This document shows positions 47,585 through 60,173 of a stretch of 64,000 bases of DNA, in pieces. The position numbers and the translations under genes are program-made. Source of the DNA: Gordius albopunctatus (taxonomy: Eukaryota); assembly GCA_964276515.1 (NCBI GenBank), contig OZ193909.1, positions 17,298,001-17,362,000 of the forward strand. Reading direction: 5' to 3'. Each line of letters begins with the position of its first letter. The stretch's first letter is position 1. Under the pieces are notes generated by a model. It made no database searches, was not told the origin of the DNA, and saw only the letters and a program-made list of their open reading frames with translations.

Positions 47585-48113
47585 TAATAATAGTATTCTA
47601 AAAACAATTCATTAGCTACGAATATAGTGTTATTATTTAATTAATATCTCAATTATACTAATGCTACATTGTATTTAAAAATAAGTATAGTTTCCTAGGA
47701 TCATGGACAATAATTAATTTATAATTGTGCACGGTTTCAATTGCTGATAGGCACATATTTATGCTAATTGTAAAAAGGCATACATGACGACTTCTTTCTG
47801 GAACTGCTATTGATATACTTTATTGGTCATGATATAGAATATAAGAAAAATTTAAAGGGAGAGCAATAAAAATTTATCTGGCTTATATAGATAAAGACAA
47901 TTTAATATATTTGGGTTGTTATCACTAGTAAAAATTTTCATTAATTATGCAGATAATAGTTAAATAGTTGCGTTAAATTTTTAAATGAATTTCAATAAAG
48001 CCCATTTTAAGACACGTAGGTTTGTTTATAATATTCGATTTTAATAATTAAAATTTGATATATTTCCCAACTCACCCACCAATCCGTTGTCATCTGTAAT
48101 TTTCTTTTAATAT

Positions 48114-48501
48114 ATGGCGATTAAGTATAATATGGCCCTTGGCCTCAACAAGGGCTATAAGTTAACTAAGAATGTCATGAAACCTCGGCCTTCTCGTCGT
48201 AAAGGGGTAAGGTATTATATAATTTATTTTAATTTCTATTAAAGATTGTACAAAAACATAAAAAATTTGTTAAAGATCTTGTTCGAGAAGTTTGTGGAAT
48301 GGCTCCTTATGAAAAACGCTGCATTGAATTTTTGAAGATATCTAGAGATAAAAAAGCACTTAAGTTTTTGAAACGAAGGGTATTTACTTAAATTTAATAA
48401 AATATGCTTTTTAGCTTGGACCTCATGCAAGAGCTAAAAGGAAGAGAGAAGAATTACAATATATCTTGCAACAAATGCGTAAAGCGCAAAAACAAAATTA
48501 A
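48114..48501 (+). CDS. RPL36: 60S ribosomal protein L36 (eL36), 3 exons
   Basis: Exons 48114-48206, 48245-48379, 48415-48501 (introns 38 and 35 nt): [104 protein letters not shown]. Missed by the ORF track. Confidence 0.96.
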
Positions 48502-49715
48502 TATTTATAATGGTACCATGTATAAATGAGTATAAATAAAAGTTTCAGACTAAAGCATTGACTTGTAATTATTCTTTTTTAATGATTTTGAAATTTTTTA
48601 AAATATAAATTTTTTGTTTTAATGCATATGTGAATGTATTATAATAAGCTTAACCCATATCTTAAGAGGATTTCTGACTGCTTTTTTTAAAATCCTTTTT
48701 ATTTTAGCAATCAGTGGATTGCACATTAGTTGTCTTAATTATCAATATTTCTAAATAAAAGAACTTTAAATTTGTCTCAGTAGTCCACTCTAAAACTATC
48801 TCATTTTGATGTGTACATTTATTTAAAGAAATTGGTACCAATTGTCCATGTTGATAATAAATATATCCCTATGATTATTAAAATGCATAGTTAATAACTT
48901 GTGAAAACAAAGGTTCTTTAACTTTACTTCATCAATATAATAGCTTTTTTTCTTTTAAAATATAATGAAATGTTTAATTTCATAAATATATCTACTGATA
49001 AGTGAATTTGGAAAAAACTCATAAAATTAGTTCATTCAAAATTTGTCATGAACTGATTATTTTTTACCAAAGTGATCTAAAATCTAATGTTTTTTTAATT
49101 TAGAATGGAAATCTTTGTAAATTTTACTCAATTCCTTTTGACATGAATCTTTTTTTTTATCAAATTATCTATTATATTTTAATAAAATTTGTAAAAATTA
49201 ATTTTATTCAGCTTAATTTTCCATTATATTTTAATTAACCAAACACGTTTATTTCCATCATTTATGCGGAAAAAATCTCATTTAATTTATTAACTGCTTC
49301 CTCAGTTCTTAAGACTGCATGTTTTATAATTATAAATATATTAATTATCAGTTTTAGATAGGAATTTGAAATTTCTAAAATCTTTATTGTTAATTCTTAA
49401 GTGGCTTCATAAATTTTTGCACATATCACAGTGGTGATATTTTACGAGTTTATAAATAAAGGGCAAATTAAAAAATTTATTTGAAGTGAGTGGCAATGGG
49501 TAATAAAGTGAGGTAGTTAAAAATATTTTTAAAAAATATCATACTAAAGAGCTCATTTGTCCTTGATAGAAAGATGAGGCACTAACCTCTCCAACTTATG
49601 AGGAATCTAAAATAGTCTTGTCTTTTAATAAGTTCCTTTATCAGGCAGGATCAAAATTGTTTCCAGGTCGCAAAAGCTACAACTTTTGTTGTAAAATTTT
49701 GTAAATAATCATAAC

Positions 49716-50021
49716 TAGAGATCTGCACGGGCAGGCCTGGCCCGCGGGTACGGACGGGCTTTTTATCATAAAAATTTTAACAAGCCAGGGCTTGGGCGGG
49801 CCTGACTTTATAAACCGGCTTTAACAATCCAAAGATTATATAAATGGTCATTGAATTACAAAAGCCCTTAAAAGTCAGGCAATTATATAAATATCCTAAA
49901 AAATTTACGGACGGGCCTTAAGTTTTGAAAAAAAATACGGGCGGGCTCGGACGAGCCTTGAAATTTTTAAAACGGGTACGGGCGGGCCAACCTTCTAAAA
50001 ACGGCCCGTTGCAGATCTCTA
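49716..50021. mobile_element. hAT-type MITE (TAGAGATCTGCA TIR)
   Basis: tagagatctgcacggg / cccgttgcagatctcta; perfect 8-bp TSD atcataac; subterminal cgggc repeats. Confidence 0.9.
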
Positions 50022-51522
50022 ATCATAACTACTCCTAATCAAATTTAAATAATATTCATTTCACTGTTTTGACATATTAGCCTATAATTGCTATAAATAA
50101 CATTTGCTCGTTAACTTTTGCATTCGAAATCAATTATTTAACACCTTTTTTGGTGCTTAATATTTAATTTTTTGTGCTGTCGTCCTAGTTAAAAACCCCG
50201 ATAAAAACGTTAAAACAACCGCGAGCGAAAGATATTAAAAATACGGTAATTCTATGCTATTCATATTATTTTATGAAAAAAGACTATTACATTCAAAAAG
50301 TAAACGAATCTTTTATTGGTATAAAAACCCCATAGATTTTCAGCTAATTGAGTCAAAGTTTTTATTACTAAACTTTATGTTTATAATATTCAAAAATTGC
50401 CACATTTATGAAAAATTACGTGAATTAGCAAGCACCTGCCCTGCCCTAAAGAACTGCACGGGCCACCCGAAACCCGACCCGATACCGGGTTCGGGTTAAA
50501 AATTTTGAAATGCTTTCGGGTTCGGGTTATTTAAAGTGTCGGGTAAAAGGTTTTGAATCTTACAATGCTGCTAAATACATCTTTTAAATTAATGCTATTA
50601 TTTATAATATTTTTTATTTAATATCAAAATGTATAATTGAAGTATATTCATTCAGTTAATTAAATTCCTTTTGTTTTTTATATCTGATTGTTTTAATTTG
50701 GACGAAAATTTAAATTTGACTCGTGAAAGATCAAACATATCAATAAAATAATATTTTTTAAATTGTATTTAAATATAGTAAAGTGGTAATTCATTATTAA
50801 TTTAAACTACATAAATATCTATACATAAAACAAATGTAAGTTTAAATTTATTAAATGGTTTATTTGCAAAACTATATATTTAAATTTAAATGTGACCGAT
50901 ATTGTAAATGCTATCATATTTATACATCTTTATAATAAATAATTCAAATAAATTTACTAATTAAAATCCGTGGTATTAATAAGTTTCGTAAATCGCACTT
51001 TAATTTGTCTAAGAAGGCGGAGCCGCTTGTGGGTTATTAAAGGCCTAGTAATAAAAATTTATGTAGATGGCGCTAATGTCATAATGTGAATTATCGTTTA
51101 AAAACTTTAGAGGTGGACCATGCGTTAAAGCATAAAAAATTCCTGGCATCATAATTTTATCTATTATGATGTTTCGAATAGATGCTTTTTAAGCAGTCTT
51201 TAGACTAGCACAGATGTTGATTGTATTTAGATAATTAACTTGATTAATTTAGGACCAAATAAATATGAGGCTGTATGAAAGAAACGTGGCGAAATTTGAA
51301 GATGCTTTAGTAATATTTATTACTTCATCAAAACTCATTTTAAATTATAATTTTTTACTATATATAACAATATAATACATACTTTTCGCATGCTATTAAG
51401 CGTCAATCATACTCTATTATAAGGTGGAAATAAATATACATTTTTTCTACGTGGGTTTTTATTATACCTCTGAGAATATTCGCGATTCGTTTATTGGATT
51501 CCTTATGTTATGTGTAAATTTC

Positions 51523-53297
51523 CAGAGTTGTTAAGGTGCGCGCACGTCAAGAGCTTGCGGTGCGACGTGCTGGTGCGCGCACTTTTTTGGAACGAAGAGC
51601 GAGTGCGGGTGCGCGCACCTGATTAAGTCGGTGGGGGTGCGCAATTGCGCTCCTGTTTTGCGCACATTAAGAGTTTTACAATTTATTAATTTATTCGAAA
51701 TTGTATTATATCGCATATTTCACAAATTAAATTTCTACTGATTTACTATATATAACATACATCTATGTTCCCGGTGGAGAAGATAACAAGGCGGGAAATT
51801 GGTTACCATCGATAGACAATAAAAATAATCTAATCGCGATATTTCACATTATTCACGTATTTACTTTATCAATCAACGATTAATCTTTACACTTTTGAAC
51901 TCGTCGTTTAATAAATAAACTATAGAAAAACACTAAAACGATTGAAGTTGAAGTTTAATAAGATTAGAAGTTTAAAAACACAGACAGGTAATTTGATTAA
52001 AGAATTACAATAGAATATTCAAATAATGATAATATATTTAATTCAGCGTTTTTTGGAATATTTTCATCTCCCGTTACTATCTTAATATTTCATACACTTT
52101 TAGACCTATCTTTACTATCGTAAGTTTAATCACATATAATGATCAAATTACAATTAATTTTCATTAAAATATATTAAATTAGTTAATTAATTTTTATTAT
52201 TATTTTGTATTATTGTATTGGTTGTCATAGTACTCCTTATCCAATTTTTTACTCTTTTATTTTCTCATTGCTTATATATAACACTTTAATATGATAGTGA
52301 GTTATGGAAATAGAAGAATCAAGCATAAATGTAGCAAGCACATCATGCATGAAAACTTTTTTGATTTCCAAAATATGCTAATATGTTTAACCTTAAAGAT
52401 AATCAGCATAATACACTTTATTTTGAGGTGCAATGTCTTTTATGCAATGCCAAACTCAAGACTTCTTCTAGATCTTGTTTCAATTTGACTAGGCATCTAA
52501 ACGTAATCTTGTTACTTATTTTTTATTTAACCCTCGAGAGCATTCGTGGGATCCCACGGACCCCACGATAGTTATAAACTTAAATATAAAACGCATTTAA
52601 AAGCGAATTGATCTGGCCTTTTCGATAGCCTAATATTTTACCAAGAACTAAGTTTGAGGAAAATTTCATAACTCCTGGCCCACTACTTTTTAAAATATAG
52701 CATCTTTTTGGCCACAGGGGTCCTGTGGACCCCACGAATGCTCTCCCTTAAGTTTTTTTCTATTGGAAAAAATGTATGTATCTTTTTTCGTTTGATGATA
52801 TCTTTTACAATTTGTGTTTTTAATATATTGTGTTTTTAATATATTTTGGACATTCTTTTAATAAAAAATCACGTTTATTTTGATTTATTTTAAGGTATAT
52901 GATGTCAAGAGGTAAAACTCTAAAATAGCCAAAATAAAAATGGGGGTCAAGAAAATCGTTAATAAGTTTTGTAATGTTGATTAGATTCATATCAAAATTT
53001 ATGCCATCAATCTTAAGACCTTTATAAACACATGTTTAAAATTTGAAAGGTTAAAAAAATACTTAAAAAGTTATAAGAAGTTAAAAAATGGGGTCAAATA
53101 TACCCCACGAATGCTCTCGCGTTCGGGATTTTCAGGAGTGCTCTCGAGGGTTAATAATTAAGTAAATAAAAAATTTATAGAGATTTTGTTATAGTGCCAT
53201 CAAATTTTATGTGCGGGTGCGAGTGCGCGCACCGGATTTTCCTCAATGTGCGAGTGCGAGTGCGGCACCGGTTTTTGAAGTGCGTTTAACAACTCTG
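51523..53297 (+). mobile_element. Internally deleted hAT transposon retaining a BED zinc-finger remnant
   Basis: TIR cagagttgttaa / ttaacaactctg, 8-bp TSD taaatttc, subterminal gtgcg repeats; VQCLLCNAKLKTSSRSCFNLTRHLN at ~52428-52503. Confidence 0.85.
52531..53150. mobile_element. piggyBac-type MITE nested in the hAT element
   Basis: TTAA|ccctcgagagca ... tgctctcgaggg|TTAA. Confidence 0.9.
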
Positions 53298-54440
53298 TAA
53301 ATTTCTAATCGAATCTTTAAAAAAATCTGTTTAAATCCGCGAATTAGTTTTTTCCAATCATTAATTTTCAATTTTATGAGCATAAACAATATATATTTAA
53401 AAAATTATTTACATATAATATAACCTTCGACTTCCAAATTAATCGTTATTTACTATACTTTAACAAATATTAATTGCTTTGCAATTTATGGGCTCACTTT
53501 AGGTGTTGTTTGATGTAACGCTTTTGTTTATTGTCGCGTCACGCGAGAAAAACTTGGGATTTCGATTCAGAGTTTGAATCTCGGTGGGTCCTAATTTTTA
53601 GTCCCACTCAATTTTACAATGAATTTTTTTCATTAGAGACCTGAAACGTGTTTGTTTAGTTAATCGGCCCGCCCATTACAGTGATGTAAAAGCCCGACGC
53701 AGGGCCCGCCAAAATGAAATTTATAAACTCCATTTTGTCCCAATTTTTTTACAATAAATGAATTGCATGTTCTCATTTCTATTTGAGAAGTTATAATTTA
53801 ATTTCCGACCCCCAATGTTTTTGTGCCAATTTTTTACAATGAATTTTGCATGTTCTAATGCTTATTCGTTTTAGTTTTAATCCCAATTTTTGTTTTTTTA
53901 CAAGGAAATATTTGTACTACCCGGCCCCAAATAAAAAATTAAATTTATACAATAAAATTTGTTCAATACTTCTAAAAATTTAAAAACTATTTGAAGTTTT
54001 TTTTGGCCAAGACCTACAATTAATAAATATTATACAGTAAAAAAGTGACAAAATAATGCACTTTATAAAAAATCTCATCAAGCCCAAATTGCCCGAATCA
54101 TTTTATAATGCCAAACCCGGGCCGCTCGGAACTCTAATTTTAAGACATTGCCCGGCGGGCCATCAGTGAAAAATATAAGGTAGGTATAATAAATAATAAA
54201 AAATACGAGATTCCCTTGACACTGTGGTAGGATGTTATGTGGATCTATGTAGAGTATTGTTGGTTCGTCACAGAACGATACGTCACAGGGAAGTAAGAGG
54301 CTGAAAAGCTTTCCATTCAGATCTGTATTGCATAATAGGGGGTTTTGAATTTGATTCGTGGTTTAAAAAAACCGGAGTTCATGAAAAGTTTTATAAATTC
54401 AGAATGCTCTGCATTCAATAATATCGATATCAGACAAATG

Positions 54441-56940
54441 TTTTTTTTTAATTGACATGCTTTATTAAATAAAAAGTATTAAATATTGAGTGGAATTAAT
54501 AAAAAGATACAGGAACGAAAACATTTATATAAAAAAATGATTAAAACTCAATATCCGTTTCTTCATCTTTGAGAATGGGCATTGAATCCATCAAAGAATA
54601 AAAATTAGATTTAGCGATCGCGATGGCAATTGATTGTCGTAGTAAAAAACTATTCGATATTTTACAAGGGGGCGAGCGTTTATTGAGTTCTTTAAAAAAA
54701 ATTAATGCGCTCTTCCCAAATGTCCCTGAGCACGATGAGACGATGGGAATAAAAATCGAGGTTTGGGATAAAGCTGAACGATGCTCTGCCGATCCAAGGG
54801 GGTCATGAGTATCGTTGGAGGGGGCAAAAAGGTCTATACAGGTGTAGTCCCATTTTAGGAAAAGGCCTTTGTCTCATGGGATAAGGGACGAACCGTCCGG
54901 GCGCATCCGCCCTTCGAGAGAGGGATCTGAAGGTTCAAGGATCGAAGGGACTTTTGCCCGTTTGAGGGCAGCTTGAAGCAGTGTATTTATTTTTTGGTGC
55001 CTACCATACAGGCTTTTGTTAAATTTACAATGCAGAGGGTGACGTGCTTCCTCATCTACAAGTGAATTACAAAGCCGGCAGGGGTATGAGTACGTGTATT
55101 TACAGCCCAAGCGGAGGGCTATATTGTAGGACAGGGTAGGATTCTCCAAAAACATACCCGAAAACTTACTAGGGTAAGCTTCAAGCCATTCATGTCCGGA
55201 TTGGTCGAAAGCCAATGACCTAAGGTTGCAATGCTGTTTGGCGTCGCATGTCGAGAGAAGGTAAGCAACGGACCGCGACACCAAGCTTGCATCCAAATCT
55301 TTTTGAGCGTATGATTGTGGTATATTAGCTCCTACATTGACGTTCTCATTCCATAAGGATAGGGCTTGATTTATGGAGGGATTAAGTGGGAATGGGACAA
55401 GGTCGTTGATATGATGTTTAAAAGATAGAGAGGAAGAAATGAAGGCGGCTAGGGAAATCGCAGATGGTGAGCGAATACCAAGGCCACCGGATTTTGTGGG
55501 AAGTGTGGCTTGAAGCCAAGTATTGGTGTTAAAGGAAATATTTAAAATTGATTCAAGAGTGGATTTAAAAAAGTTTTCATAGTCGTGTAAAACTTCTTTA
55601 AATAAAAAAGCTTGCGTGGAGCGGAAGCAGAATAAAATTTTGCTAATGTTGTAATAATTTTTTATAATATAAAAAGAATGATGAGATGGCATAGATTTAA
55701 AAATGTCTAATTTGGTTTTTAAAGAAGAGAGATTTTTGTCTAAAAAATTTTTAAGGCACTGAGGTCCCCCGATAGGTGCGCCTAAAACATACAAATTGTC
55801 TTTTTTAATTTTGGCAAAGTCCAAAAACTTTGGGTGAATATTATCCAAGTCAGAATATATTTCACTTTTAGAGGCGTTTAAACATAAGTTTAGAGTGGGG
55901 AAAAAAGCATGTATTACATCTAGTGCTTGGGCTAGGTTGTCAGGGGTCCCAACAAGAGTGGCGTCATCAAGATACCAGACATTAAGAGTAAGTTTACAGT
56001 GTTTGTTAATTTCGTTAATTAGGTGATTTATGGCCAAGCAGAATAAAGGGTGGCCTAGAGGATCGCCTTGTTGGATCCCTTCTGCGGATTCGAGGAAGAA
56101 TTCTCCAAATTTCAAAATCGAAGGGCATCCATAACTTAAAATGATGTAGTTGGTGTAGTGGGGAAACAGTTTAATAAATTCATTAATGAAAGCAGTGCGG
56201 CGTATGCTGTTGAAAGCATTTTTAAAATCCAGTTTTATAAAGGAGTCACCCGGTGGGAGGTGTTCCAGGGCTAAGCGTGCGGCATGGGTAGCTATCTCGC
56301 ACCCTCCTTTGACCCCAAAGCCTAGTTGATGCGGAATTAAAATTGGGGTCAATATTGGTTTGATCGCCGAGCAAATTAATTTAGAAATAATTCTTCGAAA
56401 AACACCGCCGATAGCGATAGGCCTGGCTGAATTGTCGGCCTTCCTAATAGCTAAAAGCTTAGCTCCAAAGACTATGGGCGTTATTTCTTTAGGTATACTC
56501 CCATTGACTAAAAGGTTACAAAATTTGGTGAGTAAGTCTAATAAGATGGAGGAGTTATTATTATCAATTGTTATAAGATCTTTTAAAAAAATTGGTTTTA
56601 TGCCGTCGAGACCACCTGCAGAATCCATGGGAAAGGATAAGATGGCATCTCGAATTTCTGGTGACTTAAAAGCAATATCTGAAGGTTGCGAGGGCGATAG
56701 GTAAGTAGACGATAGACTCTGGGGGTGTTTGAGAACCATTTCTTCGTATGATTTTTGTGAAGGACTCAAAAATGAATTGTCTTCTTCAAGAAATCTGATT
56801 GCACCTTTTATGTTGAAAGCGTGGATTTTCCTAGAGATCATATTCGCTTTTTGTTTGGGAGTTAATATTTGGGATTCCTTTCTCTCAATGTTATATGCTG
56901 GAGGGCTGTTTTGTTTAAACCACTGCGCCTAATGGATTTG
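54441..56940 (-). mobile_element. CRE-clade non-LTR retrotransposon (RT plus restriction-like endonuclease), 5'-truncated
   Basis: RPIAIG..RR, QLGFGVKGGCE, DFKNAFN, QGDPLG, WYLDD, LPTKSGGLGIR, CRLC..HPLHC..RH, EP..RPDG, then P*DKG..WDYT continuing past a TGA; AATAAA at 54466-54461 and an A9 tail at 54449-54441. Confidence 0.85.
54874..56841 (-). CDS. CRE-type RT / CCHC / RLE polyprotein fragment
   Basis: 655-aa ORF with RT motifs and a C-terminal zinc knuckle plus RPD nuclease motif. Confidence 0.85.
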   Translation of the reverse strand: MISRKIHAFNIKGAIRFLEEDNSFLSPSQKSYEEMVLKHPQSLSSTYLSPSQPSDIAFKSPEIRDAILSFPMDSAGGLDGIKPIFLKDLITIDNNNSSILLDLLTKFCNLLVNGSIPKEITPIVFGAKLLAIRKADNSARPIAIGGVFRRIISKLICSAIKPILTPILIPHQLGFGVKGGCEIATHAARLALEHLPPGDSFIKLDFKNAFNSIRRTAFINEFIKLFPHYTNYIILSYGCPSILKFGEFFLESAEGIQQGDPLGHPLFCLAINHLINEINKHCKLTLNVWYLDDATLVGTPDNLAQALDVIHAFFPTLNLCLNASKSEIYSDLDNIHPKFLDFAKIKKDNLYVLGAPIGGPQCLKNFLDKNLSSLKTKLDIFKSMPSHHSFYIIKNYYNISKILFCFRSTQAFLFKEVLHDYENFFKSTLESILNISFNTNTWLQATLPTKSGGLGIRSPSAISLAAFISSSLSFKHHINDLVPFPLNPSINQALSLWNENVNVGANIPQSYAQKDLDASLVSRSVAYLLSTCDAKQHCNLRSLAFDQSGHEWLEAYPSKFSGMFLENPTLSYNIALRLGCKYTYSYPCRLCNSLVDEEARHPLHCKFNKSLYGRHQKINTLLQAALKRAKVPSILEPSDPSLEGRMRPDGSSLIP

Positions 56941-56949
56941 ACGAAAATT

Positions 56950-59570
56950 CAATTTTTACAGGAGATTAACGTTGCTAATCACATCTTGACAGAAAATATT
57001 ACAGACTATTCTCAACAATTTATTCATTTATGTTTGAACATTTTTAAGGGTTGGGTCTTTGTGTGACCATGTTTCGCATCCATAAAGTAGAATAGGTAGT
57101 ATGGTAGTTTTGAACAGACGGAGGCGGATTGGTAGGGCCAGCTCATGTGGCTTTCATATAGAGTAGCATGATTAGAATTTTTTCAGAGCTTTATTCGATT
57201 TGCTAGAGACATGGGAGTATGTGTCAGGGGAGAGACTGACTCCCAAATAGTTTACCGAATCTGAAATGGGGACTAAAGATTGTCTATGAAAACGGTAATC
57301 TTTTATACAGGTAAATTGATTGAGAGGATATTGAACTTCCTTGGGTTGATCATTAGTTCAGCTTTCTGGGTCTCCATGATGAATCTGTAAATGAAGTTCT
57401 GTGTCCGGAGATTATGCATAGATCTTCTGCGAATAGGGAAGAGATTTTTCGGTCGCCCATGTAGATACCGTCAAATAGTAGCATCGATCTCTTTATTATA
57501 AGATAATGGGCGTAGCAAAGAAGGGGCTGGGAGGGGTGGCTGCCCCCCTCTAAATCCAAATATTTATTGAAATTATGGCTATGAATTCAATAAACGATTA
57601 TTTTACTCTTCCCTAAATCATTTATTGCCTTCCTCTAATCCCAATTCTGGCTACGCCCATGTATAAGATCCATTAGAGGGATGAGTAGAATTAGTGAGAG
57701 TGGGCACACCTGCCTAACTTTGGAATGGACTTGAATAGCGTTGGAGCGGTGTTGTAGATGCTTGACGACCACTTCCCTGTCTTTTTAGAGGAAGAAGATA
57801 TGCCTGATAATTTGTTTGGGAATTGCTAAGAGATAAAAGGATTCCCATATGTACAGGTGAGATAGCGAGTTGAAGGCTTTATAAATATTAAAAAAGTCAG
57901 GATTAAAGGTGTTTTTGCTTTAAAGGAGATGCCGATGATATTCTTGACTTTTAAAATATGATGAGTTGTTTTCTTGGACTTGCGAAAACCGGCTTGATTG
58001 GTTTGTAAGTTATTGCCGATATAAGGTAGACCCGTCAATATATGATCTTATGAAAATTTTTGATTCATTATTTATAATTGGGACTCTTTATAATTGTCAC
58101 GGATAGAAGGATCCCCTTTTTTGCTTTTGCTGAGCAGGCCTGTTGACCATGCTTGAGGTATTGTCTCTTGATCAGTTTTTAGTGAAGAGTGGGTTTAAGA
58201 GTTTACTTGATAAAGGAACGTCAGCCTTGAGGGCTTCAGCACTAATTTTATCTGCCTCAGGGACTTTAAGAAGTTTGAGGAATTTTAGTGCGGTCTTCAT
58301 TTCGCCTACGGACGGTGGTTCAACACTATTAATTAGGAAGACGTTTAAAGTTATTAATAAATTTAAATTATATGTTAGATAGTGGTATTTGGGTTGGAAG
58401 GTTAGAATATAGCGGAAATGATTTTCTCATGTATGAGTTTAAATTAAGGAGTCGTTGGAGTTGCGATTATTTTGTATCGAATTGTAATTGTGTTTGTTGG
58501 ATATTTTTATGGTTAGTGTTTTAGCTATTTTCTGCCTGTTCAGCGTCATTTAGTTTCTTAAAGGTGGATTTTTTGTCTTTTTTGATGCCGGCCTTTATTT
58601 TTGTAAGCGTCTAAATCCTGAGTTTTGTACCTCTCAGAGTCTTGTCTTTAAAGACATTGTAGCGGGATTCCAGCAATGAGATTGTTTCTTAAAAACCTAA
58701 GATTTATTATTGACGTGCAGTTACTTCTCGTGGATGGGTGTAAAGACGTTGTTAATAGGCTGTTGTGATAATAGACCGATAATGTTTCTAAATTACCAAT
58801 TTTAAAGTCGGGTGACCACCTGAGCGGTGTCTTTTATTATCCGTGAACTTGTTAGGTAATTTTGTTTTTTCTAAACGAGCTGAGAGCGGCTGGGGTTATG
58901 AGGATATCATCAGCAATGACGAAGTAATCCGTTTTTATGTTTGGTTGGATAGTGCGAAAAAGTTTAATTATTCAAAGGTGTCTTAATTGGCAAAAAATAT
59001 GATCAATTTTGGGTGCCGTTTTTGGTAGGTGATGAGGAGACTATTAATTTGTGTTTACAGCACCATCTTATAAGAATTTTACCAATCCTAATGATCACTC
59101 CTATAGAATTGGGACCTATGCAACAAAATCGTCTTTGTCCTTACGGATTAGGGATAAATTGAGATCTCCTAGAATTTCTTTATACTTTTAAAGTTAAATT
59201 TCAACTCGCATTGGATAATAATAAATAAAGCCTCGGCTGAGTTAAAAAATTATAGGATGGGGGAGAATAGACGTTGAAAATAGAAAGAAATCGGTCGTTT
59301 ATTTGTATGAATATAATTATGATTATATTGTTCACGTAATTTATGCCATTTATCGCTCGGCGGCATAAAACAATAATTACTGACAGGGACATTTTTACAT
59401 TAGGAACATTTGGTCTGTTGAACACAAAAAAATATGTTGTGGTGGGCGGCAGAGATTGTGAGTGTCTGTAAAATTCCAGGGTCATTTAATGATTGCATAT
59501 TTATGCAAGTGAGAATAAGTCCTATTATTCCAGTTTACTCGAAAGGTAAGCGAAAGGACAATTTGGTTAT
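56950..59570 (-). mobile_element. Heavily degraded APE-RT LINE
   Basis: Fragments in the expected order: VNWN, SIFNVYSPP, GDLN (APE); NQAGFRKSKKTTHHI (RT start); PILL/YGCETW near 57070-57100. Its 3' part may resume beyond the CRE element below 54440. Confidence 0.65.
57505..57661. mobile_element. CATGGGCGTAGCC-family MITE
   Basis: aatgggcgtagc / gctacgcccatg; perfect 8-bp TSD tataagat. Confidence 0.85.
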
Positions 59571-60173
59571 ATTAAAACTTTGAGCGACAGTATTACTTTT
59601 TTTTATAAATCCTTTCTAAAGTTAGATAATCGAAGTAGAAAGTGATAAAATGATAGGATAAATGTTACAAATTAAAATTTGCGTGCAAAAGTTCGATTGT
59701 TATATATCATAGTTCGTATTTTATGAGTGTAATTTGTTGTGATAATTACTCCTATAAATAGTGAGTACAATTTTCTAAAATTGTAATGGCGACGGCACAG
59801 CGTTGGCCTGCTTCCGATTTTGTTAGAGGTGGGAGAGGTACGAGAGCTAAAAGCTAATTTTAGAGCGACGGCCTATTACTTAATCCAAACCTGGGTGGAA
59901 GAGAAACATGATGGGATATTACTTTAATTAAAGTTTGTAAGGGGGAATATGTTAAAATTATTTTAATTAAAAATTTTTTATATCATATAAGACAGGGCCC
60001 TTAAGAGAAAAGGTAGAGCGCTGCTTCAATTAATATTCTAATTTTTATACAATGTAGCAAAAAGTCTGATTTTAAAATTCAAATTTTAAAATTTTGCTTA
60101 AATTTAGTAGGCTATTAGTTTTTATGGTGAAACCTAAAGTATTGAATTAAATGCGTTAATATAACTTATTTAG

